A stretch of 64,000 nucleotides of DNA from a virus. Location: IMG/VR virus record IMGVR_UViG_3300042305_001483. One strand, written 5' to 3'. A model generated the notes under the pieces. The model did not search any database and had not been told where the DNA came from. It was given only the letters and a program-made list of their open reading frames with translations. Below, one piece after another: positions 18,638 to 27,886 of the stretch. The first letter of the stretch is position 1. Each line of letters opens with the position of its first letter. Made by a program: the position numbers and the translations under genes.

Positions 18638-19483
18638 GTGTTTTATCTTGATTTAAAAAAAGGAAATTACGTTGCCACAATTAAATTTAAGGAACTTGAT
18701 CACTCATTATCTAAAAAATGGGCAAAAGTTCTTAAAAAACATATCGACGCTGGCTATCCCATAGCACAACCGAACAGAATCTATAATCTAAACAATGAAT
18801 GGGACGAATTAAAAATTATTAATCAAATAAATCAATGCATTCAAACTATAAACAACTATAAACAGTTTATTGATTTTAAAATTTTATCTCAACAACTTTC
18901 ACAAACTGACTCAAACATCCTACATCATTACTTTGAATTAATGAGAGGAGAAAACGACAGTCCCAATGAATTTTACAGAGACGCCCCCAGGGAAATTAAA
19001 AAAGTAATTGAAGAATATAATGTGTTGATACATAGATGGGAAGATCTAGGTAGTTATGGAAGAATTGTAGTGCATTTCAAAGAACGCCCAATGTTTGAAT
19101 TAGATGACGAGGATTATCAACACTGGACTTTAAATTACGAGCCAGGCGATATAAGACTAAATTATTGTCACAAAGGAAAAACAATTTGGGACTGTTTCAA
19201 AGACGGGGATGATATAGTAGGTGATGATAACATTAGACCTCAACATAGGTACAGTCCAGATTTTAATATTATCTTTGGACGAGGCCCTGGAAAAACTCAA
19301 GCATTTGTAGATTGGTGGGAAAGAATGTCGCCGAAGTTAAATCAATTAGGATTTTACCAAGATGATCCTAAATGTGCAATAGGACATGCTGTAATAGGAA
19401 AAATACAAGGCGACCCAGATGCTGTAAAGAAAAATATTTTAGGAGCAACAGAAATATTAGGAATAAGATATGATAACACTTAA
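18638..19483 (+). CDS. hypothetical protein (281 aa) within the radical SAM run
   Basis: long ORF abutting both neighbours; GTG start with AGGAG SD. Confidence 0.7.
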   Translation: MFYLDLKKGNYVATIKFKELDHSLSKKWAKVLKKHIDAGYPIAQPNRIYNLNNEWDELKIINQINQCIQTINNYKQFIDFKILSQQLSQTDSNILHHYFELMRGENDSPNEFYRDAPREIKKVIEEYNVLIHRWEDLGSYGRIVVHFKERPMFELDDEDYQHWTLNYEPGDIRLNYCHKGKTIWDCFKDGDDIVGDDNIRPQHRYSPDFNIIFGRGPGKTQAFVDWWERMSPKLNQLGFYQDDPKCAIGHAVIGKIQGDPDAVKKNILGATEILGIRYDNT

Positions 19484-19757
19484 ACCAAGATGCATGTATA
19501 AAGATAACAACGGTGTTGTCATGGGAATTGCCTATTGTTCCGACGGGTATCTTCTTCCGTGTTGTTGGCTTGACACAGAATGGTCAAAAAAAACTTTAGT
19601 AGAACTAGGTCTATACGATAATGAACTAAAATTAGAAAATAACAATTCTGTCGAAGATATTGTTAAAAGTAATCAATGGAAAAGTTTTATAAGAATACTG
19701 CAAGAAGAACCAGAATTGGCTCCAAAAAAATGTCACGAAAAATGTAAAAATGATTGA
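19470..19757 (+). CDS. stand-alone SPASM/twitch-like Fe-S domain
   Basis: C...DGYLLPCCW...SVEDIVKS...CHEKC. Confidence 0.7.
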   Translation: MITLKPRCMYKDNNGVVMGIAYCSDGYLLPCCWLDTEWSKKTLVELGLYDNELKLENNNSVEDIVKSNQWKSFIRILQEEPELAPKKCHEKCKND

Positions 19758-20433
19758 TGCTGATGAATTTTTAAATATTCAAAAAGAACAAGGTAGTTCA
19801 AATATAGAACTAACATATAAATGTCCTTTGCAATGTTCTCAATGTTTGAGAACAGATCTCGTAGATAAAAAAGTAGAAAAAAGAAATTACATGAAGGAAA
19901 AAATTTCTCAGTCATCTGATATTTCTTTAGACAATTTTAGAAAATTATGCAAATTTTTTAATAACACAATAGCGTTATGCGGTCAAATATCTGACCCAGT
20001 TTACCATAAAGATTTTTTTGAAATTTTAAAAATTTGTTCTCTAGAGTTTCCAAATAAAAAATTTAAGATACACACAGCAGCACATCAAAAAAATATTGAA
20101 TGGTATGAAAAGGCCTTTGATTTGACTGGTGATAATGTTTTGTGGATGTTTGGATTAGACGGTCTACCGGATACTAGTTACTTGTACAGAAGGGGACAAA
20201 ATTCTCAATTAATTTTTGATGCTATGATGTTGGGTAGTAAATTGAATAAAAAAATAATTTGGCAATTTATTGTATTTGAATTCAACGAACATCAAATAGA
20301 AACTGCTAGATCCATTTGTAAACAAAACAATATCTTATTTAAATTAGTTAAAACTTATCGAACTTCAAAAAATATTAAACTCCCGTCTGAATCATATAGA
20401 CCAAAGGGTTTAATAAAAGAATGGACCGACTAA
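19750..20433 (+). CDS. radical SAM core lacking SPASM domain
   Basis: CPLQCSQC, LCGQISDP, FGLDG, WQFIVFEFNEHQI. Confidence 0.8.
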   Translation: MIDADEFLNIQKEQGSSNIELTYKCPLQCSQCLRTDLVDKKVEKRNYMKEKISQSSDISLDNFRKLCKFFNNTIALCGQISDPVYHKDFFEILKICSLEFPNKKFKIHTAAHQKNIEWYEKAFDLTGDNVLWMFGLDGLPDTSYLYRRGQNSQLIFDAMMLGSKLNKKIIWQFIVFEFNEHQIETARSICKQNNILFKLVKTYRTSKNIKLPSESYRPKGLIKEWTD

Positions 20434-20434
20434 T

Positions 20435-21211
20435 TTATTTGTACCCTATTCTCATGTAACGGGTGTAATCAATTAGTTGTAATTCACCTTCATACAACAC
20501 TTGTGTCATAGGAGTTTGTTTAGCAAAATCTTCTAAAGACTCTGCACAATTTACATGATCTTCAATATCACGATAGTTATTGTTTTGCATCACTAATAAT
20601 TTTCCATCTGGAATTTTATCATACCAATCTTTAAAATTTCTTATGTGTTCGCAACTAGTATTAATGATAGTATCGGGATTATCAGTCAATGTAACAACAG
20701 AATGATCTGCTCTTAACGTATCATACACTAACGGATATGTCATCTTGTGAATATCATACGTTGTTGCTTTGAATTTCCAATCTTCTAAAATATATTTTTT
20801 ATTAACAGTATTAGCAATCGTTAAACAATTTTCGTCAATATCGAAACTTCTTATTTTTTCAATCTTGCAGTTACTTTCAAATAACATAGCAGCCAATGTA
20901 GCATACCAACCTGCACAAAGAAATACAGTTCCTAATTCAACATTTAATTTTTCTAATTCTTTGATAATCCATTTTTTACTTTTAATCTGTCCACGACTAA
21001 ATGCATCGTTATCGAATTCTTCGATTCTATCAATTTTTCTTAATGCTTCTACCAAAGGTGTATCGCTTAAATGTTTTATTAATCTAAATAATGCAAATCT
21101 ATCATCGCTCAAAATAGATTTTCTTAGGTCAACAATTAAATTGTTATCAGGATAAAGTAATTCTAATCGGTCAAGTAGTTCTTCTGTATTCATATTTTTT
21201 CCGTTATTCAA
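20435..21211 (-). CDS. putative SAM-dependent methyltransferase
   Basis: FLCAGWY, SFDID, INTSCEH (Rossmann-like). Confidence 0.55.
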   Translation of the reverse strand: MNNGKNMNTEELLDRLELLYPDNNLIVDLRKSILSDDRFALFRLIKHLSDTPLVEALRKIDRIEEFDNDAFSRGQIKSKKWIIKELEKLNVELGTVFLCAGWYATLAAMLFESNCKIEKIRSFDIDENCLTIANTVNKKYILEDWKFKATTYDIHKMTYPLVYDTLRADHSVVTLTDNPDTIINTSCEHIRNFKDWYDKIPDGKLLVMQNNNYRDIEDHVNCAESLEDFAKQTPMTQVLYEGELQLIDYTRYMRIGYK

Positions 21212-22121
21212 ATGTTGTAAAAATTAAATTAGACTGTCTCGGAGTATTAAAATTGAATTGTTTAAAAAATTTACTTTGTCTTGGCGTAAACATTTCTGGA
21301 ATTTCTAAAATGCCTTTTAATAAATTGCTATATGTTTCAATTTTTTCTTGGACATCATCTTCAGATAAGTCAGATAGTTCATTTTCCCAATAAGAATTTA
21401 AATAATCAAAATTTCTAACTTGTTCAAAATTCCAATTTGAATAAAGTACTTTGCAACATCCCATTCTTGCTCCTAATATTGCCCAAGTACCATATTCTAC
21501 GTCACTGCCAACAGTTGCCCAAACTAATAATCTTTTAACATTCCCATGCCACAAATCTGAAACATGTTGGGGACGAAGACCCTTGTCAAGGCTCATTTTT
21601 ACTCCTTCTCGAAATCCTGCTCTCCATGCCTGCAATTTTGATGAATTGTTTCTTATTTCGCTAAATGATAAATCCAAAGGAATATAATTTATATCCCAAC
21701 AAAAATCTATTTTAGATCTAGGTTTATCATCAGGAGCATTTTCATGAGTCTGCATAGACAAGGCAAGATCAGTTGGCCAACATTTAATTCCTCCATTACC
21801 GTATAATAATCCATTTATTGTATTAAAACTTGGCCAAGAAAAAACAGAGTTCTCGATATCTATCAAATCATCTTTGATAATTAATTTTTGTTTAACAAAG
21901 TTTTCTTTTGTTAAAAAATTGTCACCATCGATTACAACGAATCTTTCTGTTTCTGATTTTCTTGCTGCTTCTTTGTGTGCAGTATCACTGCCCTTTATTC
22001 CATGCACTCTTTTTGCATATGGTATCATTGTAACCAATTGTTGATAATTTTCATCTGCATTTGGTTCATCGTAACTCAAAAAGATAACATCATACTTAGA
22101 CAGATTAATTGATCTCTCCAT
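21204..22121 (-). CDS. GT-A fold glycosyltransferase-like protein
   Basis: YDVIFLSYDEPNA, VIDGDN (DxD), YGNGGIK; ATG 22121 with AGGA SD. Confidence 0.65.
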   Translation of the reverse strand: MERSINLSKYDVIFLSYDEPNADENYQQLVTMIPYAKRVHGIKGSDTAHKEAARKSETERFVVIDGDNFLTKENFVKQKLIIKDDLIDIENSVFSWPSFNTINGLLYGNGGIKCWPTDLALSMQTHENAPDDKPRSKIDFCWDINYIPLDLSFSEIRNNSSKLQAWRAGFREGVKMSLDKGLRPQHVSDLWHGNVKRLLVWATVGSDVEYGTWAILGARMGCCKVLYSNWNFEQVRNFDYLNSYWENELSDLSEDDVQEKIETYSNLLKGILEIPEMFTPRQSKFFKQFNFNTPRQSNLIFTTFE

Positions 22122-22797
22122 ATGTTTCCTTAAATTTATTTTTAAGCCAATCAAAATTGTTAATCATATTCATTTCATTTTTGTGTTGAAGGCCAAATTT
22201 TTTTCCTTCCTTGGCTCCATCAATTGCAAATTTTCCAAATGGTCTATCAATGCCCCGCGTACACCAAACTTCGAGGCGTTCTTCAGTTTCAAAAGATTTT
22301 TGGCGATCAATCATTTTGCTAGATAATTTAGCACACTCTCTAAATGCACTTTTCCAAGTGTTAAATGGATCTGTGTTAAATTCGGTAATGTTACTGATAA
22401 CATTGACAGGTTTGTAAAAATCGCTTATACTGGTTGCAATATCTGGATTTTTAATGTTCAAATTTTGAGTCAAATGTTTTGGTAATAATTTAACTCCACC
22501 GTAACCATAGACCAGATCATTTATCGGATTTTTACTTCTCCAAACATGAACAGTTTTTTTCGCTCCAGTATCATACTCTGGAATTTCATAATCAAAATTA
22601 AAACTTTCTAAAATTATAGCATCACCGTCTACTACATAAAACATCTCTGTATCAACTAGTTTAGCCGCAATTTTATGAGCATTTTGAATACCCTTTATAC
22701 CGTGTATTCTTTTAATTTTACCGTTCTTTTTCTTCAAAATTTGCCAATTTTTTTCTGCATTTGGCTCGTTGAAACTGATAAAAACAACATCGTACAT
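22105..22797 (-). CDS. GT-A fold glycosyltransferase-like protein (paralog)
   Basis: YDVVFISFNEPNA, VVDGDA (DxD), YGYGGVK, AFRECAKL. Confidence 0.65.
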   Translation of the reverse strand: MYDVVFISFNEPNAEKNWQILKKKNGKIKRIHGIKGIQNAHKIAAKLVDTEMFYVVDGDAIILESFNFDYEIPEYDTGAKKTVHVWRSKNPINDLVYGYGGVKLLPKHLTQNLNIKNPDIATSISDFYKPVNVISNITEFNTDPFNTWKSAFRECAKLSSKMIDRQKSFETEERLEVWCTRGIDRPFGKFAIDGAKEGKKFGLQHKNEMNMINNFDWLKNKFKETYGEIN

Positions 22798-22888
22798 AGT
22801 TTATTTGTAAATATAATTGCACATATTTACCGAGCACTAAAACTGCTGACAAATTTTAGCGATTACAAAAAATATTTTAGAGAAAATT

Positions 22889-23611
22889 ATGAGTTATTTT
22901 GATTGGTCAGTTTTAAATCGAAAAGACATTGTTGATCATATGTTAATGATAATGCCAAACATAATTAAAAAAGAATTATCAATTGATGTGTTTCATAAAA
23001 TGATAACTAATCATATCAAAAAATTAGCCCCAGTTAAGTGTAGAAAATATAAAAATGTTCACGAAAACGTAAACTGGGTATATATAGGCGGCATGTATCA
23101 CGGTGATTTAGACAAAGACAGAAAAAAATGTATAGAACTTATTTTTGAATATTCCTTTTTAGATCCAAACCTTTATATCTCAATAAACAAATACAAGTCA
23201 ATTTGTAAATTGATTGCTGACACACTGTTACACGAAATCATACATATGAAGCAATACAGAAGCAGGAGATTTAAAATATTGGCAAATTATCGAAGCAATT
23301 CGTCAATAGACTATATTCGAAGAGAACAAGAATATTTAGGTTGTCCAGATGAAATGGATGCTTACAGTTTTAATATTGCCTGTGAATTAAAAGATCATTT
23401 TGAAGGCAACGTTTCAAAAATAAAAAAGTTTTTGAATCAAACCAAATTAGAAAGAAAAAAAATATCTCCCTCCTGGAACAAGTATGTGAGAGCATTTGAA
23501 AAAAATTATGATCATCCTATAATTCAAAAGTTAAAAAAGAAAATTATTAAATACTTGCCAATGGCAAACATTGGCAAACCTTACAGAAGAAATAATTGGA
23601 TAAATCATTGA
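22889..23611 (+). CDS. HExxH zincin-like metalloprotein
   Basis: LLHEIIHMKQ with downstream EMDAY. Confidence 0.55.
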   Translation: MSYFDWSVLNRKDIVDHMLMIMPNIIKKELSIDVFHKMITNHIKKLAPVKCRKYKNVHENVNWVYIGGMYHGDLDKDRKKCIELIFEYSFLDPNLYISINKYKSICKLIADTLLHEIIHMKQYRSRRFKILANYRSNSSIDYIRREQEYLGCPDEMDAYSFNIACELKDHFEGNVSKIKKFLNQTKLERKKISPSWNKYVRAFEKNYDHPIIQKLKKKIIKYLPMANIGKPYRRNNWINH

Positions 23612-23658
23612 TTTTCACGTTAATTTATATTAGCATGTACTTTTTGTAAGCGAATAAC

Positions 23659-23889
23659 ATGTCATTTAACGTATGTAAAAGCCAAATCAAAACTATTAAA
23701 CAATCTAATCCAAATTTTTTAATTCGTGATGGATTTACTATAGCCCCAAGGGCAGGATTTGAAATATCTAACTCATGTCCGTACGAATATCTATTGATCA
23801 TTGACGAATGTTTAAAAAATGGATGGCTCAAACCTGTTGCCAATGTTACTGAAAAAGAATTAATGTTTATAGGACTAACTAATGAATAA
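23659..23889 (+). CDS. hypothetical protein
   Basis: ORF downstream of TTGATT-17-TAGCAT (23608-23636). Confidence 0.65.
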   Translation: MSFNVCKSQIKTIKQSNPNFLIRDGFTIAPRAGFEISNSCPYEYLLIIDECLKNGWLKPVANVTEKELMFIGLTNE

Positions 23890-24688
23890 AATAAAAATTG
23901 GAATAATAGGTCTAGGATTTGTAGGAAATGCAGTACGACGATCCTACGACGATCCTTTCGTCGAAATAATTGAAATTGATTCAGATCCGTCAAAAGGGTG
24001 TACTGGAACATATAATGATTTACATGACACCGATGGTGTCTTTATCTGTGTGCCAAGTCCAATGAACACCGATGGAAGTTGTGATACCAGTCCATTAGAA
24101 TCAGTTTTAGAAAATCTAAAAGATTTTCGAGGGGTAATCATTTCCAAAGTAACTGCACCCCCTTCTGTCTATGAACGTCTGCAGGCTAATTTTACAAATC
24201 TTGTTCATGCTCCAGAGTTTTTAACTGCTGCTAATGCTGTACAAGACTATCTATCAAGTAAACATTCTATCATAGGTGGAGAAAATAAAGCCTATATGCA
24301 CGAAGCAGACAGGATCATTAGACTAGGTCTTAAAAATTTAGAAACTACTTTTTTCTGTACTATTAAAGAAGCCAGTTTAACAAAGTATACGATCAACACT
24401 TTTTTAGCAACAAAAGTTATATTCATGAATGAAATGGCCGACCTTGCAAAATCTATCGACGTTGATTGGAATAAAGTTAGACAACTGATTGCATTAGACG
24501 CAGGGCGAGTCGGCAATAGTCACACACAGGTCCCCGGACCAGACGGTGAATACGGATTTGGTGGCGCTTGTTTCCCCAAGGATACTGCTGCCTTACTGAG
24601 ATATGCAGAAAGTTTAAATGTTCAAATGAATGTATTAGATGCGGCTGTAAAGAAAAATTTGTTGTTAAGGTTGACAGATTCTAAATAA
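23882..24688 (+). CDS. ugd: UDP-glucose/GDP-mannose dehydrogenase family protein (no C-terminal domain)
   Basis: GIIGLGFVG, FICVPSP, PEFL, KYTINTFLATK, GFGGACFPKD. Confidence 0.85.
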   Translation: MNKIKIGIIGLGFVGNAVRRSYDDPFVEIIEIDSDPSKGCTGTYNDLHDTDGVFICVPSPMNTDGSCDTSPLESVLENLKDFRGVIISKVTAPPSVYERLQANFTNLVHAPEFLTAANAVQDYLSSKHSIIGGENKAYMHEADRIIRLGLKNLETTFFCTIKEASLTKYTINTFLATKVIFMNEMADLAKSIDVDWNKVRQLIALDAGRVGNSHTQVPGPDGEYGFGGACFPKDTAALLRYAESLNVQMNVLDAAVKKNLLLRLTDSK

Positions 24689-24699
24689 TCCTATATTAT
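24671..24699 (+). promoter_or_regulatory. sigma70-like promoter of folE
   Basis: TTGACA-17-TATTAT. Confidence 0.6.
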
Positions 24700-24716
24700 T
24701 GAAGAAAGAGATCAAC

Positions 24717-25511
24717 ATGACTACACAATTTCAACCAGATAAAATTATGGCCAGTAAAGAAAAACCAGAATATGTACCAATAACTCATCCGCAGATCTTT
24801 GTAAAAGCAGATGATGCTCAAAAACTTGCTACTGAAAAAAACTTATCTCAAGTAATTAGAGAAAGAATTAAAAATGCAGGTGCAAGATTTCATTGTAATG
24901 ATAATATTTCAGAATTTATCAAAGACAACGAAATTGATCGTCTAGTCGATGAAGTTGCAGATCGATTCCAAGAAGTATTAAAATCATTAATTATTGATAC
25001 CGACAATGATCATAATACTCAAGATACTGCACGACGAGTTGCAAAAATGTTTGTCAACGAAACATTTAGCGGCCGATATAGACCTACTCCAAAAGTTACA
25101 GCATTTCCTAATATGGGATATAAAAGTCTGTACACCACAGGTCCTATTAGCATTCGCAGTACCTGTGCTCACCACTTTCAAAATATTGTAGGTAAGTGTT
25201 GGGTCGGAATTGTCCCCCAAGAAGAAGTTATAGGACTAAGTAAGTTTAATCGACTTGTACATCACATCTGTGAACGTCCTCAAATTCAAGAAGAAATGAC
25301 CACGCAAATTGCCGACGCACTAAAACAATATGCAAAGACAGAGCATATTGCAGTTGTGGTTAAAGCCGAGCATCATTGCATGACACACCGAGGTGTGAGA
25401 GAACATGAAAGTGATATGACCACAGCAATCATGTTAGGTGCATTTGAAAAAGATCCCGCACTCAAAAAAGAATTTTATGATATCTGTCTATCAATGAAGG
25501 GTCACAATTAA
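24717..25511 (+). CDS. folE: GTP cyclohydrolase I
   Basis: TARRVAKM, STCAHH, IGLSKFNR, PQIQEE, AEHHCMTHRGV. Confidence 0.95.
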   Translation: MTTQFQPDKIMASKEKPEYVPITHPQIFVKADDAQKLATEKNLSQVIRERIKNAGARFHCNDNISEFIKDNEIDRLVDEVADRFQEVLKSLIIDTDNDHNTQDTARRVAKMFVNETFSGRYRPTPKVTAFPNMGYKSLYTTGPISIRSTCAHHFQNIVGKCWVGIVPQEEVIGLSKFNRLVHHICERPQIQEEMTTQIADALKQYAKTEHIAVVVKAEHHCMTHRGVREHESDMTTAIMLGAFEKDPALKKEFYDICLSMKGHN

Positions 25512-25521
25512 AAGGAAAAAA

Positions 25522-26256
25522 ATGAAAAAAACAAAACTTAATATTCCATCGAGACAAAATACTCCTCTGGCAACAGAAAAACCTACAACTAATACTGCGC
25601 CAGCAGGTAGCACAGATCAAATTCCTAGGCAACCCAGCGTTATGATTGCTGTGCCTGCTATGGAAATGGTCAATGCAGAGTTTGCTCAGCATTTGGCTAT
25701 GGCGGCTGCTAACTTAGTAGCACACGGAGTTAAAATCAACTGCGCATTTAATATCGGAAGCGTAATTACAATTGCTCGAAGAAACTTAGTTGACATTTTC
25801 TTAAAGTCAAATTTTGACTATATTTGGTGGGTCGATTCGGACATGAAATTTCCAATCGATACTCCTATTAGATTATTGAAAAGAAATAAAGACATTGTTG
25901 GTGCAAACTATCGACGCCGTCGTTTCCCTAACGCCAACTTTACAGGAATGATGGGAACAAATGGTAGTTTTAGAGAATTCGTAACCACTGATAACAGTCC
26001 GGCAATGGAATTAATTGATGTATTACCGCATGGCTGCGTTTTAGTTAAACGTCATGTTTATGAAAAAATTCCTCAGCCACACTATCTACAAGAATTTATT
26101 CCTTCTCTAAATTTAGAAATTGGAGAAGACATTTTCTTTTGTCAACAAGCACAAAAAGCAGGATTCGAAGTTTGGTGTGATCAAGAATTAAGTAAAGAGA
26201 TTGCACATATTGGAATTTTCCACTTTAACTATAATCTCAGCGTACCTAAACAATAA
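25522..26256 (+). CDS. glycosyltransferase family 2-like protein
   Basis: VMIAVP, ARRNLV, WVDSD (DxD), GEDIFFC. Confidence 0.75.
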   Translation: MKKTKLNIPSRQNTPLATEKPTTNTAPAGSTDQIPRQPSVMIAVPAMEMVNAEFAQHLAMAAANLVAHGVKINCAFNIGSVITIARRNLVDIFLKSNFDYIWWVDSDMKFPIDTPIRLLKRNKDIVGANYRRRRFPNANFTGMMGTNGSFREFVTTDNSPAMELIDVLPHGCVLVKRHVYEKIPQPHYLQEFIPSLNLEIGEDIFFCQQAQKAGFEVWCDQELSKEIAHIGIFHFNYNLSVPKQ

Positions 26257-26267
26257 AAGGTAATTTT

Positions 26268-26441
26268 ATGTATGAATCTATAGAAATTCGCAAAGTTAAA
26301 AATGGAGTCATTGTGACTTTGCGAACCGAAGATGAAGATCAAGAGTATGTCTATGACACAGATAGAAAAGCAATCAAATTTGTCAAAGACATGCTCGAAA
26401 CTAAAAATCCTTCATTAAAAGATAAACAATTGGTGAGTTAA
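26268..26441 (+). CDS. small hypothetical protein (57 aa; not in ORF track)
   Basis: MYESIEIRKVKNGVIV...; AAGG SD; fills the gap between neighbours. Confidence 0.65.
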   Translation: MYESIEIRKVKNGVIVTLRTEDEDQEYVYDTDRKAIKFVKDMLETKNPSLKDKQLVS

Positions 26442-26442
26442 A

Positions 26443-26883
26443 ATGGAAGTTAAAAAAGACTACCAGATTGATGATTCGGTCTGGATATATGGTATAACTA
26501 AAAATAATAGGTTAGTTGAAGGTAAAATTATTAAAAAGTTTACCATGGACTATCAGGGGTACGATGACGAACCTTATTATGTAGTAGCAATTCCTACTGA
26601 GATCGAACCCTTGTTAGAAATTAGAACTTGGCATAATATTAGTCAAGATAAACACGGGCCTATCGGCGCATTTCGAAATATCAATACTAAAGATATAGTA
26701 GATCGATTTATTAAAAAAGTAGGATACAATGCATCTGACGATGACGATGACATAGAAGAACCTACAGCAGCCGAAATTCATGCGGCATTAGAAAAATCTA
26801 AATTGTCCGTTGTTCATCAACCACTGAACATGAAAGAAAACAAACCTAAAAAAAGATATTATCACAGGGCTAAAAAATCTTGA
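26443..26883 (+). CDS. hypothetical protein
   Basis: ORF in tightly packed operon. Confidence 0.7.
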   Translation: MEVKKDYQIDDSVWIYGITKNNRLVEGKIIKKFTMDYQGYDDEPYYVVAIPTEIEPLLEIRTWHNISQDKHGPIGAFRNINTKDIVDRFIKKVGYNASDDDDDIEEPTAAEIHAALEKSKLSVVHQPLNMKENKPKKRYYHRAKKS

Positions 26884-27215
26884 ACTCGGCTTGGATTTCG
26901 ACTTTAGAACAGTTAGAACCTAACTATCATTATTTTGCAAAAATGATAGAAGAAGGTCCAACGATCGTAGCTAGATTAGAAAAATCTACTTTTAAAAAAT
27001 GGATTGTTCATATTGCTGAAGACTGGTATAAATCTAAAGGAAATATCTATTATACAGCATCATATAATAATAGAGATATTTGTGTCGATTGGACAACAGA
27101 ACAACTAAAAAATTGGAAATTTGTTAATAGAATATCTCATGATAAATGGATATTTCTTAGAAAACAAGATGCTGAAAAGTTTATAACCTTGTTTAATTTA
27201 AAGTGGGGTTCATAA
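26880..27215 (+). CDS. hypothetical protein
   Basis: packed ORF; C-terminal F...FNLKW motif. Confidence 0.6.
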   Translation: MNSAWISTLEQLEPNYHYFAKMIEEGPTIVARLEKSTFKKWIVHIAEDWYKSKGNIYYTASYNNRDICVDWTTEQLKNWKFVNRISHDKWIFLRKQDAEKFITLFNLKWGS

Positions 27216-27500
27216 ATGTTTTATCAATGTAAAGTAAATGATAAAAATGAAGTTGAAGAACTTCATAAAATAGTAGTACATAGGTTTATTGTTACTGATG
27301 AAGATCCTGTTTTACATGCTGCTCAACCTTTATGGGAGTGGGAACAAAGTGAAGCAGGTCAATATGTAATAAAGAACGCTTATCAAACACCAGAATGGAA
27401 ACACCAAGTGTGTGTATCAACATTCGGTTATGAGTTTGCAATCATAGCAATACTCGAAAAAAAGAAACTCAGCGAATTTTACCTAAAATTCAAAAAATAA
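27216..27500 (+). CDS. hypothetical protein
   Basis: packed ORF; C-terminal FYLKF motif. Confidence 0.65.
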   Translation: MFYQCKVNDKNEVEELHKIVVHRFIVTDEDPVLHAAQPLWEWEQSEAGQYVIKNAYQTPEWKHQVCVSTFGYEFAIIAILEKKKLSEFYLKFKK

Positions 27501-27513
27501 ATAAAGGAAAAAT

Positions 27514-27882
27514 ATGAATCCGTTTCGTGATCAAGAAAAGTTTATGATCGCCTGCGATCAAACAGTTACAGGCTTTAATGAAGAACAATTTAAACTCTAT
27601 GTTAAACTTATCGAAGAAGAATGTAGAGAACTTAGCATGGCTATTTCGGATCAAGATAAGTTAGAAATTCTAGATGCATTAATTGATATTTTAGTTGTTA
27701 CCATCGGTGCTGTTCATAGTATGGGTGCAAACGGCGAAGGAGCATGGAAAGAAGTTATGCGAACAAATTTTGCCAAAATTGATCGAGAAACTGGTAAAGT
27801 TAGAAAAAGAGATGATGGCAAGGTCTTAAAGCCATCGGGGTGGACCGCACCTGACCTAAAACCTTATCTTACAAAGGAGTAA
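27514..27882 (+). CDS. MazG-like/HisE-type all-alpha NTP pyrophosphohydrolase
   Basis: LIEEECREL...EILDALID; RDDGKVLKP. Confidence 0.8.
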   Translation: MNPFRDQEKFMIACDQTVTGFNEEQFKLYVKLIEEECRELSMAISDQDKLEILDALIDILVVTIGAVHSMGANGEGAWKEVMRTNFAKIDRETGKVRKRDDGKVLKPSGWTAPDLKPYLTKE

Positions 27883-27886
27883 AAAT

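Noticed and set aside
9473-20433. One of the radical SAMs being QueE to complete the folE/queD pathway
   Set aside because: None shows the QueE N-terminal QGEG/F.R..GC signature; most have extra Cys domains
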